A stretch of 63,417 nt of DNA, the filler included, from Octopus bimaculoides (taxonomy: Eukaryota): NCBI RefSeq assembly GCF_001194135.2. It is 8 parts of 7 records of this genome, joined end to end, with 100 filler letters (N's around TTAATTAATTAA, not from the genome) between each part and the next. Parts side by side here need not be neighbours in the genome. Positions count along the whole stretch, not along the records: positions 27,071 to 39,696 come from NC_068983.1; positions 39,797 to 46,357 come from NC_069005.1; positions 46,458 to 50,729 come from NC_068982.1; positions 50,830 to 58,693 come from NC_068993.1; 4 more parts are not named here. One strand, 5' to 3'. Made by a program: the position numbers and the translations under genes. The notes under the pieces are model-generated. The model saw only the letters and a list, made by a program, of their open reading frames with translations, was not told where the DNA came from and did no database searches. Of the stretch, positions 38,272-51,223 are shown piece after piece. Numbering within the stretch: position 1 is the stretch's first letter; every line of letters begins with the position of its first letter.

Positions 38272-38941
38272 TATATGTAAATATATAAAAACAAAAGGAT
38301 AAAGAGAGCAAAGGTAAGGTTGAAGAATTTTATGGATAGAGTCTTACAGCTGTTTCTGAGAAGATCCAGTACTTCCCTTCATCGGAGACAGAAAAAATAA
38401 AGTAATCTATTATTATATCCATAGGCGGATATTTTTAGTATGAAGTGGTAAAGAGTGTGATGTGCTGAAAAAAGGGAGAACAGTACTCTTCAAGTACTGT
38501 TCTCTCTTTTTTAAGCACATCACACTCTTTACCACTTCATACTAAAAATATCCGCCTATGGATATAATAATAGATTACTTTATTTTTTCTGTCTCCGATG
38601 AAGGGAAGTACTGGATCTTCCCAGAAACAGCTGTTAGACTCTATCCATAAAATTCTTCAACCTTACGTTTNNNNNNNNNNCAAGTACTGTTCTCTCTTTT
38701 TTCAGCACATCACACTCTTTACCATACTCTTCAAGTACTGTTCTCTCTTTTTTAAGCACATCACACTCTTTACCACTTCATACTAAAAATATCCGCCTAT
38801 GGATATAATAATAGATTACTTTATTTTTTCTGTCTCCGATGAAGGGAAGTACTGGATCTTCCCAGAAACAGCTGTTAGACTCTATCCATAAAATTCTTCA
38901 ACCTTACGTTTGCTCTCTTTATCCTTTTGTTTTTATATATT

Positions 38942-38950
<9 letters not shown>
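38272..38950. repeat. Long palindrome (arms ~215 bp, spacer CTTCA at 38488-38492) with hammerhead-like motifs; probable Penelope-like inverted LTR
   Basis: 38272-38487 is the reverse complement of 38493-38670 and of 38733-38950; motif GTCT-CCGATGA...GAAAC-AGCT-GT(A/T)-AGAC at 38341-38389 (-), 38591-38639 (+) and 38832-38880 (+). Confidence 0.85.
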
Positions 38951-39000
<50 letters not shown>

Positions 39001-39001
39001 A

Positions 39002-39540
39002 TACAGCCTTGGCCAAAAGTATTAGTCCACCCCAATGTTTTGGGGTTAGGCTATCTCTATGTTAATGAAACTCGTGCACATGGTAGATTATGATATATTT
39101 CCTAATATGCATTAGTTTTAATATTCTAGTTGACCATTCTTTAGCATCAATTACCGTTTTTATACTGTACTGCACACATGAAACCAATTATGAGTAAGAC
39201 CAACGTCTAAAATTAACTTATATTTCCTTGACTATTTCAGAGTTTTATGCTAAAATACATTGTAGGTACAGTTAATAAACAGTAAAATGCTTAAAACAAG
39301 GGAGTTGAGTGAGTGTGAGCGAGGTCAAATCGTAGCTCATCATGAAGATGGAATGTCTCAAAGGCAAATTGCTTAGAAGATGAAATATTCTCGATGTGTG
39401 GTGCAAGCGACTCTCAAGCACTTCAGAGAGACAAAAGACGTGAAGATAATACAAAGAACAGGCAGAAAAAAGGCTACATCACCTCGTAATGACGGATCCA
39501 TCATCTGTCATTTGCTCAGAAACAGAAGAAAAACATCGTA
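39002..39540 (+). mobile_element. Tc1-family relic: left end and N-terminal DNA-binding region
   Basis: TA-CAGCCTTGGCCAAAAGT terminus; MLKTRELSECERGQIVAHHEDGMSQRQIA*KMKYSRCVVQATLKHFRET...RTGRKKATSPR from ATG 39287. Confidence 0.82.
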
Positions 39541-39662
39541 TGTATCAGAGCCCAGATCTAAAGTAACATCTAAGAAATCTATTGTGGTGAGATTAGTTTC
39601 AATGGGGATCGTGAGCCCGGTCGAGCCTAAAGTGCCAATTAGGTCCTTTCTAAGTTTAACTA

Positions 39663-39696
<34 letters not shown>

Positions 39697-39988
39697 NNNN
39701 NNNNNNNNNNNNNNNNNNNNNNNNNNNNNNNNNNNNNNNNTTAATTAATTAANNNNNNNNNNNNNNNNNNNNNNNNNNNNNNNNNNNNNNNNNNNNGCAG
39801 CAGAGCAAAGCCAGAGTGGTGGTCCAGGGGCACATCTGAAGATCACTTTGAATGTCTTTTTTTTTTGTTCGGAGTGTGTGTTGCACCTGATGAGGATTTG
39901 GTAGATGGAAACTGAAAGAATCCCATCACACGTGTGTGTGTGTGTATGACTTTGCATCTGTGTTTGCCCCCTACTTCCGGTATAAGTG

Positions 39989-40365
39989 TTCTTTTACTTG
40001 TTTCAGTCATTTGACTGTGGCCATGCTGGAGCAGTGCCTTTAGTCAAACAAATCGACTTTATTGTTTGTAAGCCTAGTACTTATTCTATCAGACTCTTTT
40101 GCTGAACTGCTAAGTTACGGGGGACGTAAACATACTAACATTGGTTGTCAAGCGATGGTGGGGGGGCAAACAGACACACACACACACACATATATATATA
40201 TATGACGGGCTTCTTTCAGTTTCCGTCTACCAGATCCACTCACAAGACTTCAGTCAGCCTGAGGCTATTAGTAGAGGACACTTGCCCAAAGTCCCACGTA
40301 GTGGGACTGAACCCGGAACCATGTGGTTGGTAAGCAAGCTTCTTACCAGACAGCCACTCCTGCAC
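39989..40365 (-). mobile_element. Full-length family-C SINE
   Basis: GTGCAGGAGTGGCTGTCTGGTAAGAAGCTTGC head, internal (AT)/(GT) microsatellite, ...GACTGAAACAAGTAAAAGAA end. Confidence 0.88.
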
Positions 40366-43300
40366 CTGTAACTTAGCAGTTCAGCTAATGAAAGAAACCA
40401 ATACAATAAGTACCAATCTAAAAAAATAAAAAAATTTCTTCAAGGCAGTGCCCCAGCATGACCACCACCCATAGTCTAATGACTGACGCAAGTCAGATAA
40501 AAGAATAAAGCCTGCTTTATCAAAGATGGCTTGGAACTTAAACATCAACCACAACCATCATAACCTTGGCTTAGCACTGTCTCCCTCACCCCACCCCCAG
40601 GCCTTTCTCTTCTCCCCCCCCACCTCCATCTCTCAAAGACAGAACAACATTATTATGATTGTTATTTGCAAGGATAAGATTTCAATGTGTTATGCTCCAC
40701 CCCCACCACCAACCGGCATCACCCCACACCAACCTTTCAATACACAAAGAAAAGAGCCCAGACACTGGAATGTTCTAGATATGATTGTTGTTATAATACT
40801 CAGGTGAAATTGGATAACGAGGGCAAGAAAATAATAACAGCAGGTAAGTTGTTTTGGTCAGGTAAATAAATAGATACCTTTTTCTATAGATAATGTGGCG
40901 CCATCTCGATTCAAATTCTTATGCACACACAGATAGAGAGATAGACAGATGGACAGACAGACAGATAGATAGACAGGTGTGTATGAGGCAAAGAGTCAAG
41001 GAGAAAGAAATGGAGGTGTGTGTGTAAGGGAGAGAGGTGCAGAGGGTCAAGGAGAAAGAAATGGAGAGAGAGAGTGAAGAAGGAAGAGAACAAGAGGTGG
41101 AAGAAAGACAACTGAGAATAGAGAAAGGGGGATGACAAGGAGGAGAGAAATGCAAAAAAGAGATGTAGATAGAATGAGTGAAGGAAAGAGAGAGAGAGAG
41201 ACTTGAAGAGAATGTCAGCAAGAGAGAAAAGAAGAAAGAATCTGACAAATAGAGAGAAAGAAAAGGGAGAAGAAACCTGAGCAGTATAAGTGGGCGGGGG
41301 GGGATAAAGAGTAAGGAGGAGATGTGAAGTAAGAGAGAGCAGCACAGAGACTAGAATGAGGGGAGGGGGGAATCACATGACAATCTCTATCAAGGGCACG
41401 GCCCCACCAACTAGGAAATATCTCTCTCTCAACATGAACAACACAATAAAAGTCTTTTCCAAGTTGATACAAATCCTTGTGTGACCTCTCTCCCGCTGGT
41501 GCTGACCTCACTCGTCTAACTGACAAGCACAGTCGTGGTTGCTGTGGAGTCGAGAACCTTCTTAACTGTATGGCTCCTGGTTCATTCCCAGTGGGAGTCA
41601 TCGTGATCAAGGGTCTTTTATTATAACCCTGGGCAGACTGAAGACCAGGATCACAAAACTCACTACCCAACCATATGGTTCTGACTTCAGAGGGAAAAAA
41701 GCACCCACTACACTCTGAGTGGTTGGCATTAGGAAGGGCATCCAACTGTATATATGTGTGTGCATGTCTTTGTTTGTCCCCACACTGGTTGATAACCAGT
41801 GTTGCTTTGTTTATGTCCCCATATGTTTCCCAAGATTCTTGATATGAAATTGTTGAGTTGAACAAAAGTCATTGTGCTTCAAGAAAGTCAATCTCTCAAA
41901 ACACACCACGAGCTGGTTGTAGTTCATTCCTGGTTTAGCAATTAATCAGTAATTTGATTTTGTTTAATTGGTTTGTCAAAAGGCTTTCGTCAAAGTAAAG
42001 AGCTCTCACATACAAGGTGTGTGTGTATGTGAGAGCAGAGATGAGGTGTGGATGGTGGGGGGAGGACAAATGATTACAAATTTTGACAAAGTGATTAATT
42101 TGCTAATGTATTAACAAATTATCCTATTAATTCATTAATACTAAAGTGAAATACAACCAGTTCTTGTATATTAACGGGCAGTTTCCGTGAGTGGATGAGG
42201 TATACAGAAACTGAAAAAAGCTTTCTCAATGAACAAATGTCTACACATACACACATCATCATCGTCGTCGTTTACTGTCCGCTTTCCATGCTAGCATGGG
42301 TCGGACGATTTGACTGAGGACTGGTGAACCAGATGGCTACACCAGACTCCAATCTGATTTGGCAGTTTCTACAGCTGGATGCCCTTCCTAACGCCAACCA
42401 CTCCGAGACAAAAGTCTAGGACTGAGTGGAGACGAGGCTGACAGAGAGAGAGAGATATACATATATATTCATAAAAACAACTTGCTCCTTTGACATAAAT
42501 AAACTTCAAAACAGGGAACGCAAACTAAAAGATTCAACAAGATCTAACACGGAGGGAACAAAAAAAAAAAGACAAAAAACAAAAAAAAAAAGACCCAAAC
42601 TGGAGGCAGAAACCACACAAGAAATGATGTAAGTGAAAATAAATCAAATAATATTTTTTTTCCGTTTTAATTTTTATTTTTAAAGGAATTGTTTTATTAT
42701 TTAGTAAAGTAACAATTCTTGTTTTTGAATTTGAATAAAAGTTCATTGTGTTTAAATTTAATTCTGACCAATAGAAAAAAAAAAAAAGAAATAAGATGAG
42801 GGTGGTTGCGGTTGTGGGTTTAAGCTGCATGAATGAATGCCAGATGTCCTTCCTGTCACCACCCGACTCTCCCTTTACTGGTTTCCAAATAAGATAAAAT
42901 TTCTTCACAAGCGGATTGGAAAATGAATGACCCCCACTCATGACAGAGATGCTTGTTTGCAACCATCACGTGACAGTCAAGACAAAGACACACATACCTT
43001 ACTTATTTGCACACTTTTCTACACACAGCATTCCCACTTGGTTTCTAATTCTTTCCTTGCTCTCTCTCTCTTTCTTACTCCAATGTTTTCCTACTGATGA
43101 AGGATTAATGTTCAAAACATTAAAACTCTTTCCTTTTCTTCATACTAATACAATATTTGTTAAAAACATGTCCATCTTGTGTTGTCTTTTCCCTTTTTGT
43201 TCATTATATTTTCAACACATACACGAAGGGCTTTTTTTCAGTTTTCCTCTTCTAAATCTGCATCACAAAACTTTGATTGGCCCAGGGTTAGAGGAAAAGA

Positions 43301-46300
43301 TACTTGCTCAAGGTGTCATGCACTGGGATTGAACCCAAAACGACATTTAAGAAGCAAGCTTCTTATCCAGTCATTCCTACATAAACAGTCAAAAGGTTCT
43401 ATGAACAATCCCCCCCCCCACCATAACATTTTGTAGGTGCCCTTTACTAATATCTATAGCCTTTGGGTTACACTGAGCCCTGTGAATGAAATGGGGAGGG
43501 GGTAGATGTAAACCGTGTTGTAACTTATCACATGTGGATTGAGCCTGGGATTCAAACGGTACCCCCTTGTTGTCTACAAAACTTCACTGATATAGATTGA
43601 GGATTATGTTAAGGGAACATATATCTGTGGTGTACTCAGCCACTTACACTTTAATTTAATGAGTTGGTGGTCATTCAAATAAATGAAAGCTCATCAGTGA
43701 AGCCCCCACAACGGAGTAGAACCTGTATCAAATGTTAGGAGTTTCCCTATGTTTTGTCACTGAAACTGGGTGAGCCCTAGCTATGAAGGGACTGCACTTA
43801 CAATTGCTTTCAAATTGTTGGCACAAAGCTAGTAATTTCAGGGGAGGATGAAATGCTGCTAAGAATTTTGTCTGGCAATTTAATGGTTCTGCTAGCTTGG
43901 CCCCTTAGAACTGAAAAGGGACCAAGCCTTGTCCTGTACACACTCTGACACACACACACACACACACAGTCTGCTTTCTATGTCGGCATGGGTTGGATGT
44001 TGTGATAGGGTCCAATGGATTAGAGGGCTATTCTTTATCAAGTCCCTTCAGTTTTCTGGAGTGTTTCTCCAGCTGGATGCCCTTACTAATGCTAAACCCT
44101 CTAAAGTGTGTACCAGGTGCGTTTTACAGGGTACCAAAACTTTATTACATAAGAAAAAAGGTATTGAAGGTGGAGGAAAAATAGACTAACAGGGAGAGGG
44201 AGAGGAAGGAAGATAGAGAAAGTGGAGAAAGAAATAACATGAATTTTAAAATCAGTCCTTCATCAAATATAACGACATAGTTTCAAGGTTAGCTTCAATT
44301 AATTAACACACTTCATTAGTCGTAACGAGTTAGGCAATATGTGGATTTATTAGATGTTTCAAAATACAAAAAAGTAAAAAAAACATTAAATGTTAAAAAA
44401 AAAAACAAAACAGCAACACAAAACAATTCCTTTATTCTCTTACCTGTTTAAAAGAAAAAAAAAAAAGTCACTGTGGCCAAACTGGAACACCACCTGCAAG
44501 GGGTCAGTTGATCCAACTGACCCCAGTATTTGTATTTTAAGTCTGGTACTCATTCTCCCATTCTCTTTTCGCTGTACTCCTACATGACAGGGATGTAAAC
44601 AAACCAACATCGCCTGTCAAGGAGTGAGAGCGTTTAACTGCCATGTTCCAACAAGTCAGAAGACCGTGTTGAGCTCCTATATTAATTTTGGCATCGTTTT
44701 TTATGGCTGAATGCCCTTCTTAATGCCAACCACTTTACAGAGCAGACTGGGTGCTTGTTTTTTTTTTTTTTTTCATGGCACAAGCACTAGTAAGATGGCA
44801 TACATATATATCATTTAACATCCATCTTCCAAACTGGCATGGGTTAGATGGTTTGACATGAAAGAGCAAGGTACCAGGTTCTATTGTCTGCTTTAGCATG
44901 GTTTCTATGGCTGGGTCCCCTTTCTGATGCTAACCACCTTACAGAGTGTTTAGGGTGCTTTTTATGTGGCACCCAACACCAGAGGGGAGGTTGCCATGTG
45001 ACTTGCGAGACAAAGACCACTCACCCCAGGAGTTGGGAGTGGAGTCAAGGGAGGTGGGTTTGAGCCAGTTGAGAGATTAAAGTATAACAGAGGGATAGAG
45101 ATTGGCGTCTTACTATAGGGGAGGTACTTGGCTACCCCCAGTAGGTAGAGAAAGAAAGATGGTGTAAGGGATGTATTGGGACACACCCATATGGTACAGA
45201 GGGGGAGGTTTCATAAGAGTGTGAAGGGGAGATGTTTAGAGATGGGGAAGAGATGACTGTAGCAAGCGATGGAGCAGCTAGGACAGGGGAGCACCACTAC
45301 ATCCACAGATATGGCATGTGGGCTAGTCAGGGCATGCGTGTGTGTGCGAGTGTGGTGGAGTATTCTAGAACAGAAAGCAAATGGATTCTGTCAGTTTTGT
45401 CGAGGATTTTGTTCAGTCAACTGAATTACCTGCTCTTGAATTGGTGTCTAAGTGGCTGAATACCCCCCCCCCCCAGTTACGTGTACCATTCAAGTAGAAT
45501 CCGTGTGACATAGTGACAAGGCTGGACAGGAACAATCCATCCAACAGGCTTCATTACAGTTTCCATCTACCCAGTTTTATTCACAAGGTATCAGTTAACT
45601 CAAGGCAAAGGTTAAGACTGTCCCATGACGCTACACTTTAGGGATTGAACCCAGGTCCTAGTGGTTACATCTTTTGCTCTTCTACAGTGACCAGAAGGTG
45701 TCCCCTTCTCCCATCAAATATTTCACATAAAAACACATATTCTAAACAAACCACAGACACACATACGCACACAGTCTTCAAGCAGAAAACTGAAGATCTG
45801 ACACAAGGCTATACATTTATATTGGAGGGAAACAAGAATATGTGATGTTCATGCCTTTCTCAACAGCATTAATACTGTAAGGAATGTGAAGTAAACAACC
45901 CTCTGACCAGAAATTTATACCAATTAAAAGTGGACTTGGCGTGGTACAAAGAAAGTGTTTGCCTCTTTAGACTCATTATCACAAACGTCCTTTGTCCTCA
46001 CTTTGTTAACGACATGTTAATTAGACATATTTTTCGTTTAACTGAAGAATTATTTATAGAGCTTGGTTGAGATTGTTTGACATGCATGCCTTTCTCAACA
46101 GCATTAATACTGTAAGGGAATGTCAAATATGCTTATAACTGGGAAATCAAAATCAAACCTGCTATGTGTGTGACCAAGACGCCCCAAGCGAACTTGTCTT
46201 TGCTCGTTAATCTCAAACCACCAGCTCTCCCACTGCCTTCTGTGAATCACCATAAAAAGTGTTTTAAAACTTCCGCTTTAGCTACAAAGTCATAGCCCCC

Positions 46301-46496
46301 CCCCCCAACCACACACGCATGCACATATGGAATGAGATTGTGTGGCAGCAATCCTTTNNNNNNNNNNNNNNNNNNNNNNNNNNNNNNNNNNNNNNNNNNN
46401 NTTAATTAATTAANNNNNNNNNNNNNNNNNNNNNNNNNNNNNNNNNNNNNNNNNNNNAATATATATATATATATACATATATACACACACAGAGAC

Positions 46497-46549
<53 letters not shown>

Positions 46550-48838
46550 GGAATTACGAGAAGGCAAGATATAATGCTAGAAAGAGAGAGCAAAGTGAAG
46601 AGTGGATAAGAAGGCGCTACTCGCACATACACCACCTCCCACCTTTCTCTCTCTCTCTTTACTCCCACTCCTTCACTTAACCACCTCTCCTCAATATCAC
46701 ACTAGTGCCGTGCTTTAGTGTGATATCTCGAGGACGATAATGGCTGTTAGTCGCCGTCGGGCTGCCACTGCTGTCAATGACAGACACTACCTCCCACCCA
46801 AGTTAATTCTCTCCCTCATACCCTACCTCACACTTTCTAACCACGATTGTCCTTTTTTGGAGGGAGGAGGGATCCTTCACACAGTTATTCCATACCACCC
46901 TCCGCCACACACATATATACAAACCAAGCAGACATACACACACATAAAGAAATACACACTCATACGCAAACACATACATACGCACATGGATGCACACCCA
47001 TATAAACATAGACACAAATACACTCTCACATTAATGTAGGCACACACAATAATCCTAAGATATACGCACGCATTCACAAACATACACATGCATACATACA
47101 CATATACTCTCATACAAATATACACTCACACACTCTCATATGTATATACACACGTACACGTCCGTACTACCACAGACGCATAGACATTTATGTAGACATA
47201 ATAATCCAAACATAGGCACACACAAACACATACATTCACATACATAACCACACTCGCGCACGTACGCATACACCTATACAGATACACAAATATGCATATA
47301 TGCATATGTATACAAACACACATATATATATATATACACATATGTATATATATATATATATATACATATATATTTAAATATATATACATATGTATATATA
47401 CATATATTATATATATATTTATATATGTATGTATATGCGTGTGTGTGTATGTGTATATGTATGCATACATGCGCTCATATGCACATCCCACCATCCCCCC
47501 TCCGTTCTTTCTCAACCACGCGTCCCATATTGATATTCATATCTTTTTGTTGTCTCATTATTCGCCTTCCACCGCGACATACCCATACCATTTCACCGTA
47601 ACCTTCAAGCACGTTTATTTCATCCACCGCCGCCACCGCCTCCGCCACCTCCGCCGCAGCTGCTTCTCCCTCCCCGCAGGCGACTGCAATCAGTATTCGA
47701 TACTTTTGACAAAGTAATCCCCATCCCACACCACTCCACCCGCCACCTATCCTCCTCTCCGCCCCCTCCGTTCCACGGTCCCTCCCTTTCTCACACGCAT
47801 CGACACGCAGACGTCATAGTCGCATCCAGATCGATCATCCGTCCTCATCGCCCTCTTGCGGCCACTCTTCACAACCGACTGCCTCAATGCCCGTCAACCT
47901 GTCCCAATAATTCCCCAAGCCATCTAAACTGTCCCAAACCACCACTCTCTCCCTACCTCTTCCCTCCCCCCTCTCTCTCTCATTCCCTCAGTCTCTGTTT
48001 CTCTGTCTCTGTTTCTCTGTCTCTTTCCGTCTCTCTCGCTCTCTGTCTATCTATCTCACTCTACCTCCTGTTCTCCTCTGCCTCGCTTTCTTTCTGTCTC
48101 TCCTCTCACTCTTCCTCTGTCTGTCTGTTTGTCTTTCTCTCCCTATCTATTTCGATGGCTGTTATACCTAAATTTAAATACATAGATAGATATATGTATA
48201 TATACATACACACACATACATGTATGTATGTATACATGCATACATGTATGCATGTATGTATGTATGTCTGTATGTATCTCTCTATCTATTCATCTCACTC
48301 TCCTATCACTCCCTCTCTCTGTCCATTTCTCTTCTTCCTTCTATCTGTGTCTCTCTGTCTCACTCCCCTCTCTCTCGCCACCCCCATTTACCATTTGACT
48401 AGCAACCAACCTATTGACCTATCTATCTTTTACTCAGAAAACCAACTAGCCAACCATCCAACCAGCCAACCATCCAACCAGCCAACCAGCCAACCAGCCG
48501 ACCGACCGACCGACCGACCGACCGACCGACCGGCCAATCATCCACCCAACCATCAAGCCAGCCAGCCAACCAGTCGATCAATGACCCAGTTTATTGCGCA
48601 AGTCTTCAACCCCCAGCCGCATACCTCCACTCACCTCTACAATAATCTTCCCGCTTTCTAACACTGTCGAGGTTAACTGCTACCACAGCTTTCAGCACAT
48701 CTACCACTACAACCGTGACCACCTCCACTGCATCAACATCATCACCATTACAACTCCTCCACCACATCCTCCTCTTCTTCATCGTCTTTCCACCACCACC
48801 ACCACCACTGCTGCCACTGCTGGCTACTNNNNNNNNNN

Positions 48839-48869
<31 letters not shown>

Positions 48870-48889
48870 CACTACTACCACTACTACTG

Positions 48890-48929
<40 letters not shown>

Positions 48930-49889
48930 ACTTCCACCAATAATCAAAACCTCAGCAACCCACTGAATTTATCAATCACTGACGACTCTTTCTCTGATAC
49001 CCACTCACATATACGCACAATGCATGTATTATGTATGTATGTATGTATGTATGCATGTGTGTGTGTGTGTGTGTGTATGTGTGTGTGTGTGCGTATTGGC
49101 AACAAGTCATCAGGCGCACGGAGAACAGCGAGAACCACAACACTGACGTACATATTTATATTTGATATTTCAATAAATTCGGACGTGAATGAGCTAATCG
49201 CTGTTGTATTGGCTGATGTGCATTGATGACTGCCAAATCGATGTTCATNNNNNNNNNNNNNNNNNNNNNNNNNNNNNNNNNNNNNNNNNNNNNNNNNNNN
49301 NNNNNNNNNNNNNNNNNNNNNNNNNNNNNNNNNNNNNNNNNNNNNNNNNNNNNNNNNNNNNNNNNNNNNNNNNNNNNNNNNNNNNNNNNNNNNNTACCGC
49401 CCTCACATAACAGGAGACCTAGGTTTGTTTGACACATTAATTAATATTTATTACACGAACTCACTGATGGGTTTTCACTAATGACTAGTCTTACTTTTTT
49501 CATCTGATATTTCTGGTGCTCTCTGTCTTTTATCTTGCTCAAAGAATCCACGGTGAAAACGACAAAGGTTCTATCATTGTTTACTAACCTTTGAGACAGT
49601 TTCGAATTCTTGTGGTTGGACGTGGGTGAGTGTGAAGTTTCGCTTTAATACGTCTCTAGACCGGAAGTGTTGCTTTACTTTAAAACAGCATTGGCATCAT
49701 CATTATCGCTTATATTTCATTAAAATTCTTATATCTGAAACCAACACTTGACCTTTAGCGGGGTCAAGTCTTCTCGAAGGTTTCGGAACCCAAGTTTCTC
49801 ATCTGAGATCAACTTACCTCAACCAGTCTCGGAGGCTGATGTAGCAGTGGAAATAGAAAGGACAACCACAGGTTTGCTAATCGTTGATA

Positions 49890-50141
49890 GCGCAGGCGCA
49901 TGGCTTAGTGGTTAGGGTGTTGAACTCGTGATCGTAAGATTGTGGTTTCGATCCTGCACCGACCGATGCCTTGTGTTCTTGGGCAAAACACTCCATTTCA
50001 CGTTGCTCCAGTCTACTCTGCTAGCAAAAATGAGTAATCCTGTGATGGACCGGCGTCCCTTCCAGGAGGGAAATACATGCGCCATGAAACCGAGAAACCG
50101 GTTTAAGCATGAACTGAGAAGGTTTCCTTTACTTTCACTTT
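49890..50141 (+). mobile_element. tRNA-derived SINE (family D)
   Basis: GGCGCATGGCTTAGTGGTTAGG A box, GGTTTCGATCC B-box-like; perfect 12-bp TSD TAATCGTTGATA at 49878-49889 and 50142-50153. Confidence 0.9.
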
Positions 50142-50626
50142 TAATCGTTGATAAAATCGTGTATATTTGAAGTTTTAGGTGCTCGAGTGTGAGGTTTTCA
50201 GTTATAATGGACGGTTTTATGTCGCGCTAGCCGACCTTTTGGTCGACGATGCGAACCTCTAGATGCTGTAACTCTGGTTCAATGCCCTCACGACTCAACT
50301 ACTTCAACTCACTCAATAAAAGTATTATAACTCTCTGATTGATCTAAAGACTTTCTTGATGTTGAAGAATTTAAGGTGACTAACATACGATATGGTTGTT
50401 GCTTTTGCTTGATTTCAATGATTGATTTTAGTGTGAACATAGTCCACATCACTGATTGGTTGCTAAAGGTATGTCACTTTCGTTAATTGATAGATAAATT
50501 CTTCTTATTATTGCTATTGTCGCCGTTGCTTCTGATGGCAGCGATATGGATGGTAATTCAGACCGTTACGAGTGTGTGCTTGACAGAGTGTATGTGCAAG
50601 TATGTACACACACAACATACACACAC

Positions 50627-50729
50627 ACTCACATTCCCACACACACACACTCACATTCCCACACACACACACTCACATTCCCACACACACACACTCACAT
50701 TCCCACACACACACACTCACATTCCCACA
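50627..50729. repeat. 22-bp minisatellite ACACACACACACTCACATTCCC, about 4.5 copies
   Basis: Read directly; runs into gap. Confidence 0.85.
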
Positions 50730-50932
50730 NNNNNNNNNNNNNNNNNNNNNNNNNNNNNNNNNNNNNNNNNNNNTTAATTAATTAANNNNNNNNNNNNNNN
50801 NNNNNNNNNNNNNNNNNNNNNNNNNNNNNTTATTGGTTGTGCTATTACCAAGCAAAGAAGAACATCATATAATTCTTGTCTGTAACTCTCCCTTCTCTCT
50901 CTCAGTTTCTTTCTCTCTCTCGCTCATACTCG

Positions 50933-50963
<31 letters not shown>

Positions 50964-51020
50964 TTTTTTTTCTTTTCACTCTGTCTTTCTGTCTGTCTGT
51001 ATCTCTCTCATCTACAAATA

Positions 51021-51223
51021 TTCTTTTCTGCTTTAGGCACAAGGCCCTAATTTTTTTGGGGAGGAGGCTAGTGGATTAAATCGATCCCAGAGCTTACTTT
51101 ATCGACTCCGAAATGATGAAAGGCAAGTCGACCTCGGCAGAATTTGAACTCAGAATATAACGGCAGACGAAATACCGCTAAGCATTTCGCCCGGCGTGCT
51201 AACGTTTCTGCTATTGCTGCCTT
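51021..51223 (-). mobile_element. Family-B SINE
   Basis: GAAAGGCAAGTCGACCTCGGCAGAATTTGAACTCAGAA...GCATTTCGCCCGGCGTGCTAACG. Confidence 0.85.

Noticed and set aside
38681-38910. Tandem second copy of the palindrome's right arm
   Set aside because: Nearly identical sequence on both sides of a 10-N gap is typical of an unmerged contig overlap; not counted as a separate duplication.
43090-43126. CTGATGA...AAAACATT hammerhead-like remnant; similar weak hits near 11020 and 49780-49810 (-)
   Set aside because: GAAAC or the cleavage triplet is mutated and stems are poor; at most dead relics.
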